Assembly (NCBI GenBank): GCA_020536535.1
Contig: JAHLWZ010000809.1
Coordinates: forward strand, 65,068-129,067
Length of the DNA: 64,000 bases
Reading direction: 5' to 3'
From: Pelomyxa schiedti
Taxonomy: Eukaryota; Protista; Evosea
Shown: positions 39,749 through 50,440 of the stretch, in pieces
Position numbering within the stretch: the stretch's first letter is position 1
Layout: the number at the start of each line of letters is the position of its first letter
Notes under the pieces: generated by a model
Databases searched by the model: none
What the model was told of the DNA's origin: nothing
The model's input: only the letters and a program-made list of their open reading frames with translations
Made by a program: the position numbers and the translations under genes

Positions 39749-40493
39749 ATGAGGTTTGCGTTTGTGCTGTTGGCCATTGTTGGTAGCGCCGTGGCGTGGA
39801 CGTGCACGTGCTCGTCTTCAAACAGACAGAATGGAGTTTGCACCAACATACCATCTGACAGTCTGTACTACCTGACTTCCGTATGTTACTTGTTTTTTTT
39901 TTTTTAATGGACGGTCCTTTTTAATTTCCTTAGTTCTGTGATCAAGAAACTGCATGTGGCGAGGTACGTAGCCCCGTTTTATTGAAGTTCAACGTGGAGT
40001 CACTTAATTATGATTACCCACGGATTTAAAAATCATCTATGGCTAGTCATGCGGCAACTGCAGCTGGGCGTATTCCACCTCTGCTAAGAGATTCGGGTGC
40101 AACGCTAGTCTCAAGTGCTGCAGTGCAACCAGCAGCACAATGTGCACAACTCTCAAGGTAATTGACAGCGGACCTGCTTGCTGGGTTGAAGACGACGGTA
40201 ATTCCCTCCTCCACCTTTCCAATTCACTTCTGGTTGCTTATTATCTTATAGCAAACATGCCAATCATCGATGCTTCTTACTCCACTTGTATGTATCTCAC
40301 TCCCCCTTTCTTGTAGACAAACCAATTGTTTCTAGGCAAGTACTTCACTGGCTCCACTAGCTGCGGCTACAGTGATGAAGTCAAGATAAAGTGCTCAACA
40401 GTCTCTGCCCCCTTGCCAGCCTCTTATATTCACGGACCTTGCTATGACGGTCCTGCTGAGAAGGCTCATGGCCTCCCCGTGTGCCCAAATTAA
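39749..40493 (+). CDS. aly: Aly-family amoeba lysozyme (secreted, Cys-rich)
   Basis: Signal peptide MRFAFVLLAIVGSAVA; YYLTSFCDQETACG; AKRFGC; KVIDSGPACWVEDDANMPIIDASYSTC...GSTSCGYSD. This closely follows Dictyostelium AlyA as recalled (YYLTDFC, QRFGCG, KVYDAGPAEWVEKDAGKMIIDAS, GGSSCGWSD). Confidence 0.8.
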
Positions 40494-40549
40494 ACCAAAA
40501 ACCGGGCCATTGTATTCAAGGATGAAATTATGAAGAACAGGTTATTTCT

Positions 40550-41438
40550 TTAATTGAAAAGCTTGAGTCCTTGTATGATATCGGGGTTCTTGAGGGCACC
40601 TTCTTTGTACTCCTCAAGGGAAATTTGTCCGTCATGGTTAGCATCCATTTGGTCGAAAAACTCCTGCACCAATTGAGCAGGGGAATCGTACCTATACTTC
40701 CATGAGAAAGGGGATTTATGGAATTGTGACCATACTTTCTTCCAGAGAAAGTCACTAAAGGTCCAACAAGTTTGTAGAATGATTGAAGAATTTTCGTCAT
40801 CTCATCCTGTGAGATAAAGCCATTACCGTCCAAGTCGTACCTGAGTGTGTTAAAAAAAAAAAAAAAGGTAACTCGGGCTTTCATAAGGAGGCATACATTT
40901 GGAAGGCAACTGCAGGGAAATTAGTAAAGAATGGTGCAAATTGTAGGAAAAATAGGAGAAAGTACATTCGAGTTTCTCATCTGGATTGCCTCGAGTCATA
41001 ACAGAAAGGGCACAAGCAAACTCTCGGAAGTTGATCATGCCATCCCTGTTTTCATCGAAAACTCTGAAGATAAGGTCTTGCAAAAACTCGTCCACAACTC
41101 CCATTTGCTTCATCACCTCCCTAAAAGCAGCCTTTCCAATCACTCCATGTGGTGTCTGGAGTTAAATATCCAATAAGAACGAAAAAAAAAGGAAAAGAAA
41201 CAGAAAAGCGGCAACTTACTTCTCTCTGGAATTGTTTGTACATTGACTTAATTTCGCTTGGTCCAACTACACCATGGATGTTAGGACAAAAAAAAAAAAG
41301 ACAAAGAACGAAAACAATGATACAAATATAAAAAAAAATAAAAAACGACCCACAATGAGTGTGCGCAAGCAACTCCTCAAGTTCTGCTTTATTTAAGGCA
41401 GCGGTAGCTGCAGCAGTCGGTCCTTGTGCGTTACCCAT
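40550..41438 (-). CDS. NCS1: Neuronal calcium sensor-1 / frequenin homolog
   Basis: Myristoylation-type MGNAQG; EF hands DENRDGMINFREF, DLDGNGFISQDEM, DANHDGQISLEEY; TRGNPDEKLE; NPDIIQGLKLFN*. Confidence 0.93.
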
Positions 41439-41586
41439 TACCACTAAACTAACGTACTTGTTTTATTTTTTTTTTTTGAATTAAATATTTTTTCCCAAGT
41501 CCGACTTTGTTTTTTCGTCGATTGTTGTTTTTCCCGTAATTTTATCTGCCGGTTGGGTGGGTTCCGCAACTTTCTGTTGTTGTGCA

Positions 41587-42991
41587 CTATAGTTTCGCGT
41601 GAGGCAGGCTCGTGGAGTTGGTTGCGGCGAGTACGCGGACTCGTTGGGCCACGTCGTCTCCGACCTGTGAGGTTGTTGCTTTGCCGCCTATGTCTGGTGT
41701 CTTGGGCCCATGAAGGAGGTTGTCGGCTATGGCGCGGTCCAGTAGTTGTGCAGACTGCGTTTCGCCGAGGAATTCGAGCATCATGACCAAGCATCTCAGA
41801 GCCCCTGAATTGTCGGTAAGTAAACGGGAAGAATGGTGGGCTGGGAATGAACCAATTGGGTTTGCCAAGCCCTTGCCTGCTATATCCAATGCTGAACCAT
41901 GAACTGGCTCGAACAAAGAGGGGAATGTGCGTTCGGGGTTGATGTTGGCACTAGGTGCCAGGCCAAGAGACCCAGATATAGCGCCACCTGTAGGTTGTAT
42001 TAGGGTGTGTAGGAGTTTGCTGGCTATTTGTTACCAAGATCGGAAAGTATGTCGCCAAATAGATTGGAGCCAACAACTACATCATAATCCTGAGGGCACC
42101 TAACAAAGTTCATTGAAAGTGCGTCGACGTGAAATTTATCTGATCGTACATCTTGATTTCGTTAGTGATTTCATATGCACATTAAGTTGAACCTGGGAAT
42201 TCCTGTGTATTCATTAAACAAACAGGCACCAATACAAAGAGAAACCTTGCAAATGCTATCGAAGATTTTATCCCACATCACCATTCCGTATTTTATGGCA
42301 TTTGACTTGGTAGCAAGTGTGACATGCCTGCTACGTTTTCTGGCAAGCTGAAAAGCATATCGTATTATACGCTCCACCCCTTTTCGAGTATGAATGGATG
42401 TTTCCAAAGCAATTTCATCAGGAGTCCCCATCTACAAGAAAAATGAGCAGCTCCTTTGGGTGCGAGTAGTTTACTTTGAAATGCCCTCCATTTGTAGCAT
42501 ATTCGCCCTCAGAGTTTTCGCGCACGATGGCAATATCAATTGGCCCTGGAAGGGGTCCTGGTACACCTGGTAGAAGTTTTGCTGGGCGGAGGCACACGTA
42601 CTGGTCGAACTTCTGTCTGCGAGAAAACTGAGTACAATGTACGCAATCCGTACTTGATTTTGTAATACGATCGAACGTTGCCTGTAAGTTACCTCATTTG
42701 TATCAATGGAGTGAGTGTAAGGTGATCCGGCAAAACACGTGGGTCGCCCAAAGCGCCAAACAGAATCGCGTCGAACTTTTTCAGCACCTCTAGAAAATCA
42801 GGAGGCGCCACTTCGCCAGTCGCACGCCACCTTGTCAATCCCCAGTCGAACCGCGTTGCCTCAATCACAAATGACCCCCGCGCCGCACGTTCCAGCTCAG
42901 CAAGCGACTTCAACGTTTCATCAATGACCTCTATCCCAATGCCGTCGCCAGGGTAGATCGCCACCTTGTGTTTCCTCGCCACAGCAGCCAT
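41587..42991 (-). CDS. ttuC: Tartrate / D-malate dehydrogenase (decarboxylating), IDH/IPMDH superfamily, with C-terminal AKL
   Basis: KVAIYPGDGIGIEV; FDAILFGALGDP; QKFDQYVCLRP; VRENSEGEY; TRKGVERIIRYAF; TLATKSNAIKYGMVMWD; SNLFGDILSDL; APSANINPER; FEPVHGSALDIAGKGLANPIG; ends PHAKL*. Confidence 0.85.
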
Positions 42992-43312
42992 ACAACCTCC
43001 CCTTGTTTGTTGTTTTGTTATTTCTTCTGTGTTTTTTAATTTTATTTCGTTTGATCTCGGGTTTTCTTCTTGGGCTCATGAGTTCCACTGTGTTGCACTT
43101 CGAAATCTCACGATGTCACAGCGTGGTATGGCACGTTGGCAGTGATTCCCCTCCTGAAATCTCTGAGAATTTCGTAAGGGTGTTGGAATGAAACGTGAAC
43201 ACCCCAAAAGACAAGAATCAATCCTCTAAGCCGAAACAAACAGAGAAAATAAAAGAAAAAAAAAACCCAAAGACCCGACAAGGGTTGGCTGTGATCTGGA
43301 TCTTGCAGTGGG

Positions 43313-44480
43313 ATGGGTACGGTGACGCTACCAAACACCGGGGAATGCTCCCCTGCTTATGAGACAAAGGACGTGGCCACGTTTGGGGTGGTGGCGGGAC
43401 TGTATGCGTTGGTGGGACTCGTTGCCGGCATACAGGCCATACGTGCTTTGAGAGCCCCTTTGGCGCCTCTGGATGTGAACAGGACGTTTTTTCCGCCGAT
43501 GTGGCTCGCTTTGTGGCGTGGGTTACCGTGACATTTGACATTCTTTAATTACTGAATGTATAGGGAGCAAGGAGGGAGGGGAGGGGAGTGCTGCTGAAAA
43601 TCCCATCAAATTCTGCTCACACGTTTCTAGTCAGGTCATTGTTTTTTTTCCTGATTGCCTTCTCGGAAGTGGGACACTGTTTCACTGTAAATTATGATGC
43701 TGAGTACCCAGGGCTAGTCATTTTGGCCTCACTAGGAGACATTATTTTTTGCGCCTCTTACTCTATTTTTATCATTTTTTGGTTCATTCCGATAACCGTT
43801 ATGTAGCCTCTAATTATGCGGCTAGGGTGGAGATTATTTTCGCTGCTACTAGGAGACAGGCGACTTTCCTTCGAGTTGTGAGGCCTGTGTACCTCACCAT
43901 AGTGCTTGTCACGTTCTTGATCGAAGGATGTCTGTGGGTTTTGCTGCTGTTACCCGTACGTTTTACCACTAGCCATTCATATTCACTGTTTGGATAGTCT
44001 TGCTATGAAATTACCAGTGTCGTGATAAATGCATTTGCAGCACTGATATACTTATCCACAGTGATTGGATTTGCTGTTGCTGGTGGGAAAATCTTCTGGA
44101 TGATAAGGCAAAGTCCACCCTCTAGGGGCAGAAATGCAAAGCTGAATGAGGTGGGGATTGCACCTCGACTTCATTCTAATATAGGATTAGATTCTCATTC
44201 TTACAAGTGTGTGCTGTATATTCTTACTGATGAGAGCCGGACTCAGCCTTGTTTTTGATACTCCTGCTGTTACCTATGTCACAGGACACATTGTAATTTC
44301 TCTTCTCCAAACCTCTCCTCTAAAAATCCCAAGCTTCTTCGTGCTCTGTTCTCGACAGTCACTGAACTCCTTCCGGCTATTGCAGTCCTTATCCTCCTCC
44401 GTAAATTACCAACCAAACCAGACACTGGGAATGTGCAAGCTGCAAGTAGCTCCTATCAGATACTTGGCTCATCACATTGA
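43313..44480 (+). CDS. TOM1/THH1 (GPR137-like) multi-pass membrane protein
   Basis: GLYALVGLVAGIQ; LASLGDIIFCASYSIFIIFW; ALIYLSTVIGFAVAGGKIFWMI; C-terminal TELLPAIAVLILLRKLP resembles the TOM1-type EILPS.LVL.ILRKLP. Confidence 0.7.
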
Positions 44481-44608
44481 TCTGTATTAACAAGTGGCCA
44501 TAACCACCCTGCACTTTGTCACATACAAAACACAACACACCAACGTGAACCACTGTGCCATTAATAAGTTTCACCAAAACAAAAGTTTATTCTCTTTACT
44601 TGGTAATC

Positions 44609-47154
44609 TCAATGGCGCATAATTTCTGCAGTTGCGTCCTCCTTAGAAGCACAGAGATTTGGTGGAATACTGTGCAGGGTCAGAGTGGGTGCAAGTTTCG
44701 ATTTCACAAAGGCTGTGGTTGCGTATCTGAGGAGGTTATTAGAAAAACTTTGTCGGAAGACTTATTTTTATTACGTTTTTATGATTTTGAGATGGGATAC
44801 CTTGTGACTTTGAGGTAATGCTTCTCACATAGAAGCTGAACAAAGGCCGTGTATTGGTCCTCCAACGTGGGAGAAATGAAGAAGTTATCATAGTTGACAA
44901 TGGCGAGGACCTTGTGATCAATTGGTGTCAGAACAGTCAGAATGGCCTTTTGGAAATTGGCAAAATCCTCTGCGGTACTTTTTGTGGTTCAGGGAGTTCA
45001 GTGTTATTCATGTTGGAGAAGATGGTACACACTTTAGTGCCAGTTCGGCGAGGTTTACAAAGAATAGATTTTGAACTGGGTTATACTCAAACCTTGAACC
45101 CAGGGGGGTGGAGAACATCTTCTGCTTCAGTCCCATTGGAGAAGGAACAAAAATCCTTGGGTCCATTAATGCTGGCCCGCCTTCAGGGATAATTGGCACA
45201 AAATTCATAAGGGAAAGAATATCCCTATTAACGTCTATTCCAGGAGCAACCTAAGAATATACGTATTACCAAAAGTGCCTTGGAAACGCGTATTACCTCC
45301 ATTAGCATAACTCCTTTTGGAGTTAATTTGAAAACACAACGTTCTGTTATATAGAGGATTGGGCGGGTCCCCGCATATGGACCACTGAAAGTGATGTGAT
45401 CAACTTGCTCTACAAATTTTTTCTCTGTTCCTTCCTGTAGAAGTTATTCTTGGAAGTGATCGCGAAGAATAACCTTGGTGATTGTAATCTGCCCATTATC
45501 AATGGCATAGGTTGCACCAGCAGTGAATGTGCCCATGAAAACTACTTTCTTTGCATTCTGGCTGATATTAATGAACCCTCCAGCACCGGCTATCCTGGTT
45601 CCAAACTTGCTAACATTGACATTGCCCTTAGCGTCAACCTGGGCCATTCCTAAGCAAGCCAAATCCAATCCTCCACCATCATAAAAATCAAATTGATATG
45701 GCTGATCGATTATGGCTTGACAGTTGATACCAGACCCAAAATTAAGTCCTCCCTGCAGAAAACCACCAATGGCTCCTGGTTCTGCTGTCAATGTCAAAAA
45801 TTCGAGAACTTTTTCTTCGTTGGCAACGGCAGATACTCCCTCTGGCATTCCAATTCCAAGGTTAACCTGACCAGCCGTTATGAAATAAACGAGAAGTCCA
45901 CATAGCTTACTATACTCTGAGCTGTCAGCTCAAAGGCAGCTCTTCGAGCTATAATCTTCCTTTCATTGAGTGCCATAGGAGCAACCGACTAGTGCAACGG
46001 TGACTTTTCACACAATATTAAAAGCCACTTTTAGGATAATACCTGAACTGGGACGCGCAACTCCCCACTCAAGGCGGGATTGTATTGTTCGGCAAATGTT
46101 TGCATGTGCAGCTCGGGTTTGGCGATAACCACACAGTCTACGAAGATTCCAGGGATTTTAACCTGCTTGGGAGACAGAGTATTTCGATCACATATCCGTT
46201 CAACTTGGGCAATGACAATTCCCCCAGAGTTCTTAGCGGCCATTGCCAGGGATAACATTTCAAGTGTCAGTGCCTACAATGGTTCCCAAAAAGGACGGGA
46301 TATGTTACGCGAGAAGAAAACATAAATAAATAGTACCTCTTTTTCCATTGTAACATTACCATCAAGATCGGCTGTTGTGCCTCTCACGATGGAAACATTG
46401 ATTGGGAAGGGCTTGTAAGCGAGGTATTCTTTACCATCAAAGTTGATCTATTGAAATTACACACAGAGAAATGAGACGTAGGAATTATGTACCAGCTCCA
46501 CGATGTCTTCTGTTGTCACAGAGTTCAGTTTTCCGCCACCATTCCTTGGGTCTACAAATGTGCCCAGACCAACACTGGTAATAGTTCTTGGTTTATGCGC
46601 AGCAATATCACGGTACCTTTTGCTTGTTTACGGAGTGCATATTATTCAATACTCCTTACAAATGGGAAATGACTCCTTGAGGAAGGTTGTATGCTTGAAC
46701 TTTATTTTCAATAGCCAGTTTCTGCAACTTTGGGACAAGACCCCAGTGGCCTCCAATTACACGGCGCACCAAACCTGGGTGTCCAAAGTGGTTAAGTCCC
46801 CTAACAGAACCATCACCCTAACATAACTTAGTCTACAGAGAAAATAACTTTTGTTTGTTGACAAATACCTGTCCAGCGGCATAAACAATGGTAATTCCCG
46901 CCGGGTGTTGTTCGGCCAAAAACTATGTATAAAAGCCGTTAATGCAAGAGAATAGGGGAGTGGTAGCTGGAAAAATTAGACAGAAAAATGGTGGTGAAGT
47001 CAAACATATTTTGTTCGCACACCCGCTCTTCGATGGCAACAGCCACATTCTCAGCAAACCCGATTCCAACAAATCCACCAGTGGCTATGGTGTCCCCGTC
47101 ATGAATAAGCCTCACTGCATCGGACACTGTCACTACCTTGGATGGCTTATCCAT
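44609..47154 (-). CDS. ydiF: Fused family I acyl-CoA:acetate/propionate CoA-transferase (YdiF/Pct type) with C-terminal extension
   Basis: [19 protein letters not shown]; IGGHWGLVP; [12 protein letters not shown]; [15 protein letters not shown]; [10 protein letters not shown]; [11 protein letters not shown]; catalytic LTAEPG; [11 protein letters not shown]; [17 protein letters not shown]; YITERCVF; tail [14 protein letters not shown]...AIVNYDNF...VTRY. Confidence 0.92.
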
Positions 47155-47380
47155 TTTGTTCTGGTCAACAACCCCTTTGTGGGTTCTTTTGTTGTTTTTT
47201 TGTTTTTTTTCAAAAAAGACGAAAGTGCATGTTTTTTGTTTTTGCGTTTCCTAATCTTAAAGATGTACAACACAGTTCGTGCGTCGGGGAGTACTTGATC
47301 AGATCTCAATCAAGATCCCATCATCACAATGTGGTGTCCTTTCTTTCTTGTGCCGGGCGGCGTGCGTGCACCCCGGAATC

Positions 47381-47683
47381 TCACAGTGCGCCAGAGACCC
47401 ACAATGCAATCAGCACGACCATTACGACGATGAAGAAGAACACGCCGGTGAATATCCAGCAGAGGGGGCTGGCGCAGTTGGGATTGAGGCCCATGCCACT
47501 GTGCTTGGGGATGCAGGGCTCCTTGGTGTGCGAGTCCCAGCACGGGCAGCCCGAGCTCGTGCGGTAGCCCGAGAGCGTCTGCCACGACTCCTCGTTGTTC
47601 CGCTCGGCGTCGCGCTCGCTGCGCTGCTGGTGGTACGCAGCCGTGGTCTCGCTCTGCGGCACCTTGTCGAACTGCGAGCTCAT
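47381..47683 (-). CDS. Small hypothetical tail-anchored membrane protein (100 aa)
   Basis: ATG in aaaaaaaaATG context; Cys-containing segment followed by a C-terminal hydrophobic helix WIFTGVFFFIVVMVVLIALWV. Confidence 0.5.
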   Translation of the reverse strand: MSSQFDKVPQSETTAAYHQQRSERDAERNNEESWQTLSGYRTSSGCPCWDSHTKEPCIPKHSGMGLNPNCASPLCWIFTGVFFFIVVMVVLIALWVSGAL

Positions 47684-47882
47684 TTTTTTTTGTTTGTTTG
47701 GTTGACTGGTGGGGTGGTTGGTGTATGAATATACAGAGATTCAGATAGCGTTGTGTGCACAGGTGTTGATTGGCTGGGCAATTCGGTGGCGCGTTTTATG
47801 GTTTGATCTGCGGGGGTTGTTTCGGTTCGGGGGTCGCGACGCCGAACAATTTTTTTTGATTCTTCGGATTTTGTGAAACTTG

Positions 47883-48502
47883 ATGATGGCGGGACAGAGG
47901 CCAAGGCGGATGGTTTGGATTGTGGGATTTGCATTGACATTGTTGTTGATATGTTGTGTGGTAGCGGAGAGGACCGACCCAAAATCGATCGAGGAATTCA
48001 GAGAGTATTTTCATTCGTTTGTTGTGGGTGCCAGTGGGAATTATTACTTTTTGGTTGAATTTCTTGTTGGTTTTCCTTTGCCTGTGTAACTGGTACTAAC
48101 TCGTTATTTATTCACTCTTCTAGGCAACTTGGAACAGGGCGTAACCTCAAAAACAGTGATGCTAGGTCGCTCTACAACTCACTGATAGCCAATTTGCCTT
48201 ATCTGATTGATTCTGGAGAATTGGTTGAGCAGTGCTTTGATTCCAAGGAGGACGAGGAATTCACCACAGCACAGGCTGCCCATGGATATAGACATCAGGT
48301 TAGAATGTATGTCCGCGAGAGGGGACCACTTTGGGCCGAGTGGATGCTCAAATTCCGGGACTGGTGGCTGTATGGACACTCCTCAGGCCCCACTTTTGAG
48401 GAGACTCTGGAGAAATATGGGAGCTGTGAAGCCATCATTGGTGCTGCTGAGAGGACCAATCCTTACTACAATAGCAAGGCCTCTGTTACTCATCCTATGT
48501 GA
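47883..48502 (+). CDS. Secreted ~190-aa protein with a bacterial polymorphic-toxin-like domain
   Basis: Signal peptide VWIVGFALTLLLICCVVA; 38-nt intron 48086-48123 (GTAAC...CTAAC...TAG) joins the exons in frame; LKNSDARSLYNSLIANLP...AQAAHGYRHQVRMYVR...LKFRDWWLYGHSSGPTFEETLEKYGSCEAIIGAAERTNPYYN. Confidence 0.7.
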
Positions 48503-48741
48503 TTGCTGATCACACAGGCTATGGGGAAAAACAATTACAGATTAAGATACTGGCACAGAGGCCACTACAATCAGGGTAGATTTATGTCATGGTGGCACAC
48601 TTTGTAACAAATCATGTTCCAGATAGAACTTCAGAAAGGGCTTTCTTTGTAAAGTTTTTTTCAATTGAAATCAAATCGCGTGAGAAAACTTTAAAAGTTT
48701 TCTCACTTCGCGTTCGATCACAATTAAAAAAACAACGGAAG

Positions 48742-50161
48742 ATGAAGGTGTATTTTTATTTATGTTGTCTTGTTGTTGGCCTCCATGCCTTACACTTCAG
48801 CAACTACACATTCAAAATTATGCAATTAACTGGTGCGTTTTTCCCGTATCTATCAACGATGGGATGAGAAACCTTAATCCGTGAAGACTTGCATTTCGCT
48901 CATGAAATTGATGACTTGTTGACTCTACCAATAATGGAGGCTGTGTTGGGTTTGTCCCTGCTCTTTCTTTTTCAATCCCTTTTTGTCCAAAATAAAATGA
49001 AGAATGCACTTTCAGTAAGCTAATGTAGTGTCAGATGCTGAAATGCAGGAATCCCCTGTTGGCGTTGTAATAATGACAGGAGATATAATTAGTGGAAGTG
49101 AAATGAACAACTCCACAGAGGGCAAAAGGCACGCCCAAGAAGAATGGGAAAAAATGGCACAGCCTCTCATAGACCGGGGACTTGTCTGGGCCATAACGTC
49201 GTTTAGAAGCTCAGCAAATAGGAGTCTAACCCCTCTTTGTTTTATCTCTTTTAGATTCGGAAATCATGACGATATGGGTCCCTGTACAAGAGAAGAACTT
49301 ATGACCATTGACCAATCACTTACTGGAAGTTTATCCCAGTTCGGTCCATCAGGTATTACCTTGATTGAGGTTAACCTTTCTGATAAAAGCAATGTAGACT
49401 TACCTGGAGTTAGCAATTACTGGCTCCCTATTTACTCTTCGGCGGAAGAGACAGAAATTGCAGCTATTCTTTATCTTATTGCTTCCTCTGATGGTGGCTG
49501 TGAAGATGTTCCCGATGGAGATGGCTGTGTTTCATACAATCAGGCAAGTCATATATAAGAGACAGACCAGAAGGAGTCCTTTTGTAACCGTTCTTGGCCA
49601 GGTTGATTGGTATAAATCTATCTCACGGGAACAAACCGGCGCCGGCAAACCCAAGTTCTCATTGATGTTCTCACACATCCCACTTCCAGAATATGTGGAT
49701 GTGTGGAACAACGAAACTTGCTATGGTACCAGATATGAGGATGCCTGTTGCCCACATGTAAGTAATTCCCTCCCTCATTTCCCATTACCCTAATATCACA
49801 ACTTACCTAATGTGAATACATTCCCCTCTTCCTTTTTCACACCACACAGCTCAACACTGGACTGTATGATGCAATGGTTGAAATGGGAGATGTCAGAGCC
49901 TTCTTGTGTGGTCATGATCACAGGAATGACTACTGTGGAGCCTTTGCAGCTCACCCAGAAGTATCCCTTTGTTATGGTAGGAAATCCGGCTGGGGCTACT
50001 ATGAGCCCTGGAGAATGTTGCATGGCTCCAGGGTGATTGAGCTCACCATGGACCCCCAGACACTGGATATCTCCTATTCTATGTGGATAAGAAACAAGGA
50101 CGGTGAGAAAGAGGTCCAGGAGCTGCACTTTCCAGAGGGCTCAGACCAGACAGAGTGTTAA
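48742..50161 (+). CDS. Secreted calcineurin-like metallophosphoesterase (Dcr2/PAP29-like)
   Basis: Signal peptide; FKIMQLTDLHF; IMTGDIISG; FGNHDD; FSHIPLPEY; FLCGHDHRNDYCG; LCYGRKSGWGYY; GSRVIEL. Confidence 0.9.
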
Positions 50162-50440
50162 AAAAATGAGATAGCATTTTAAAAATACAGACCCGAGGTG
50201 CCTCCAATCAGCTTCATTCAATCTATTCGAAACGGTGTTTATAAGATTCTTCAGGCGCGAACTGGGCTGCAACCATCGAAGCAAGGCACTTTTTTGCCAC
50301 AACACCGTGCCCTGCTTCTACCGAGGAGGGGGGCTATTTGTCAAATTTTGTGGAAATTGTGCATAATTATAAAAGGAAGATTTCCTCTTTGTGCTTACAA
50401 CATCCTTTTATTAGTTGAATAACTATTAAAACAAGTGGGG

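Noticed and set aside
41587-48502. Bacterial contamination or an inserted operon
   Set aside because: Each bacterial-like gene is broken by GT-AG introns of the same style as talin and importin, and they are interleaved with eukaryotic genes.
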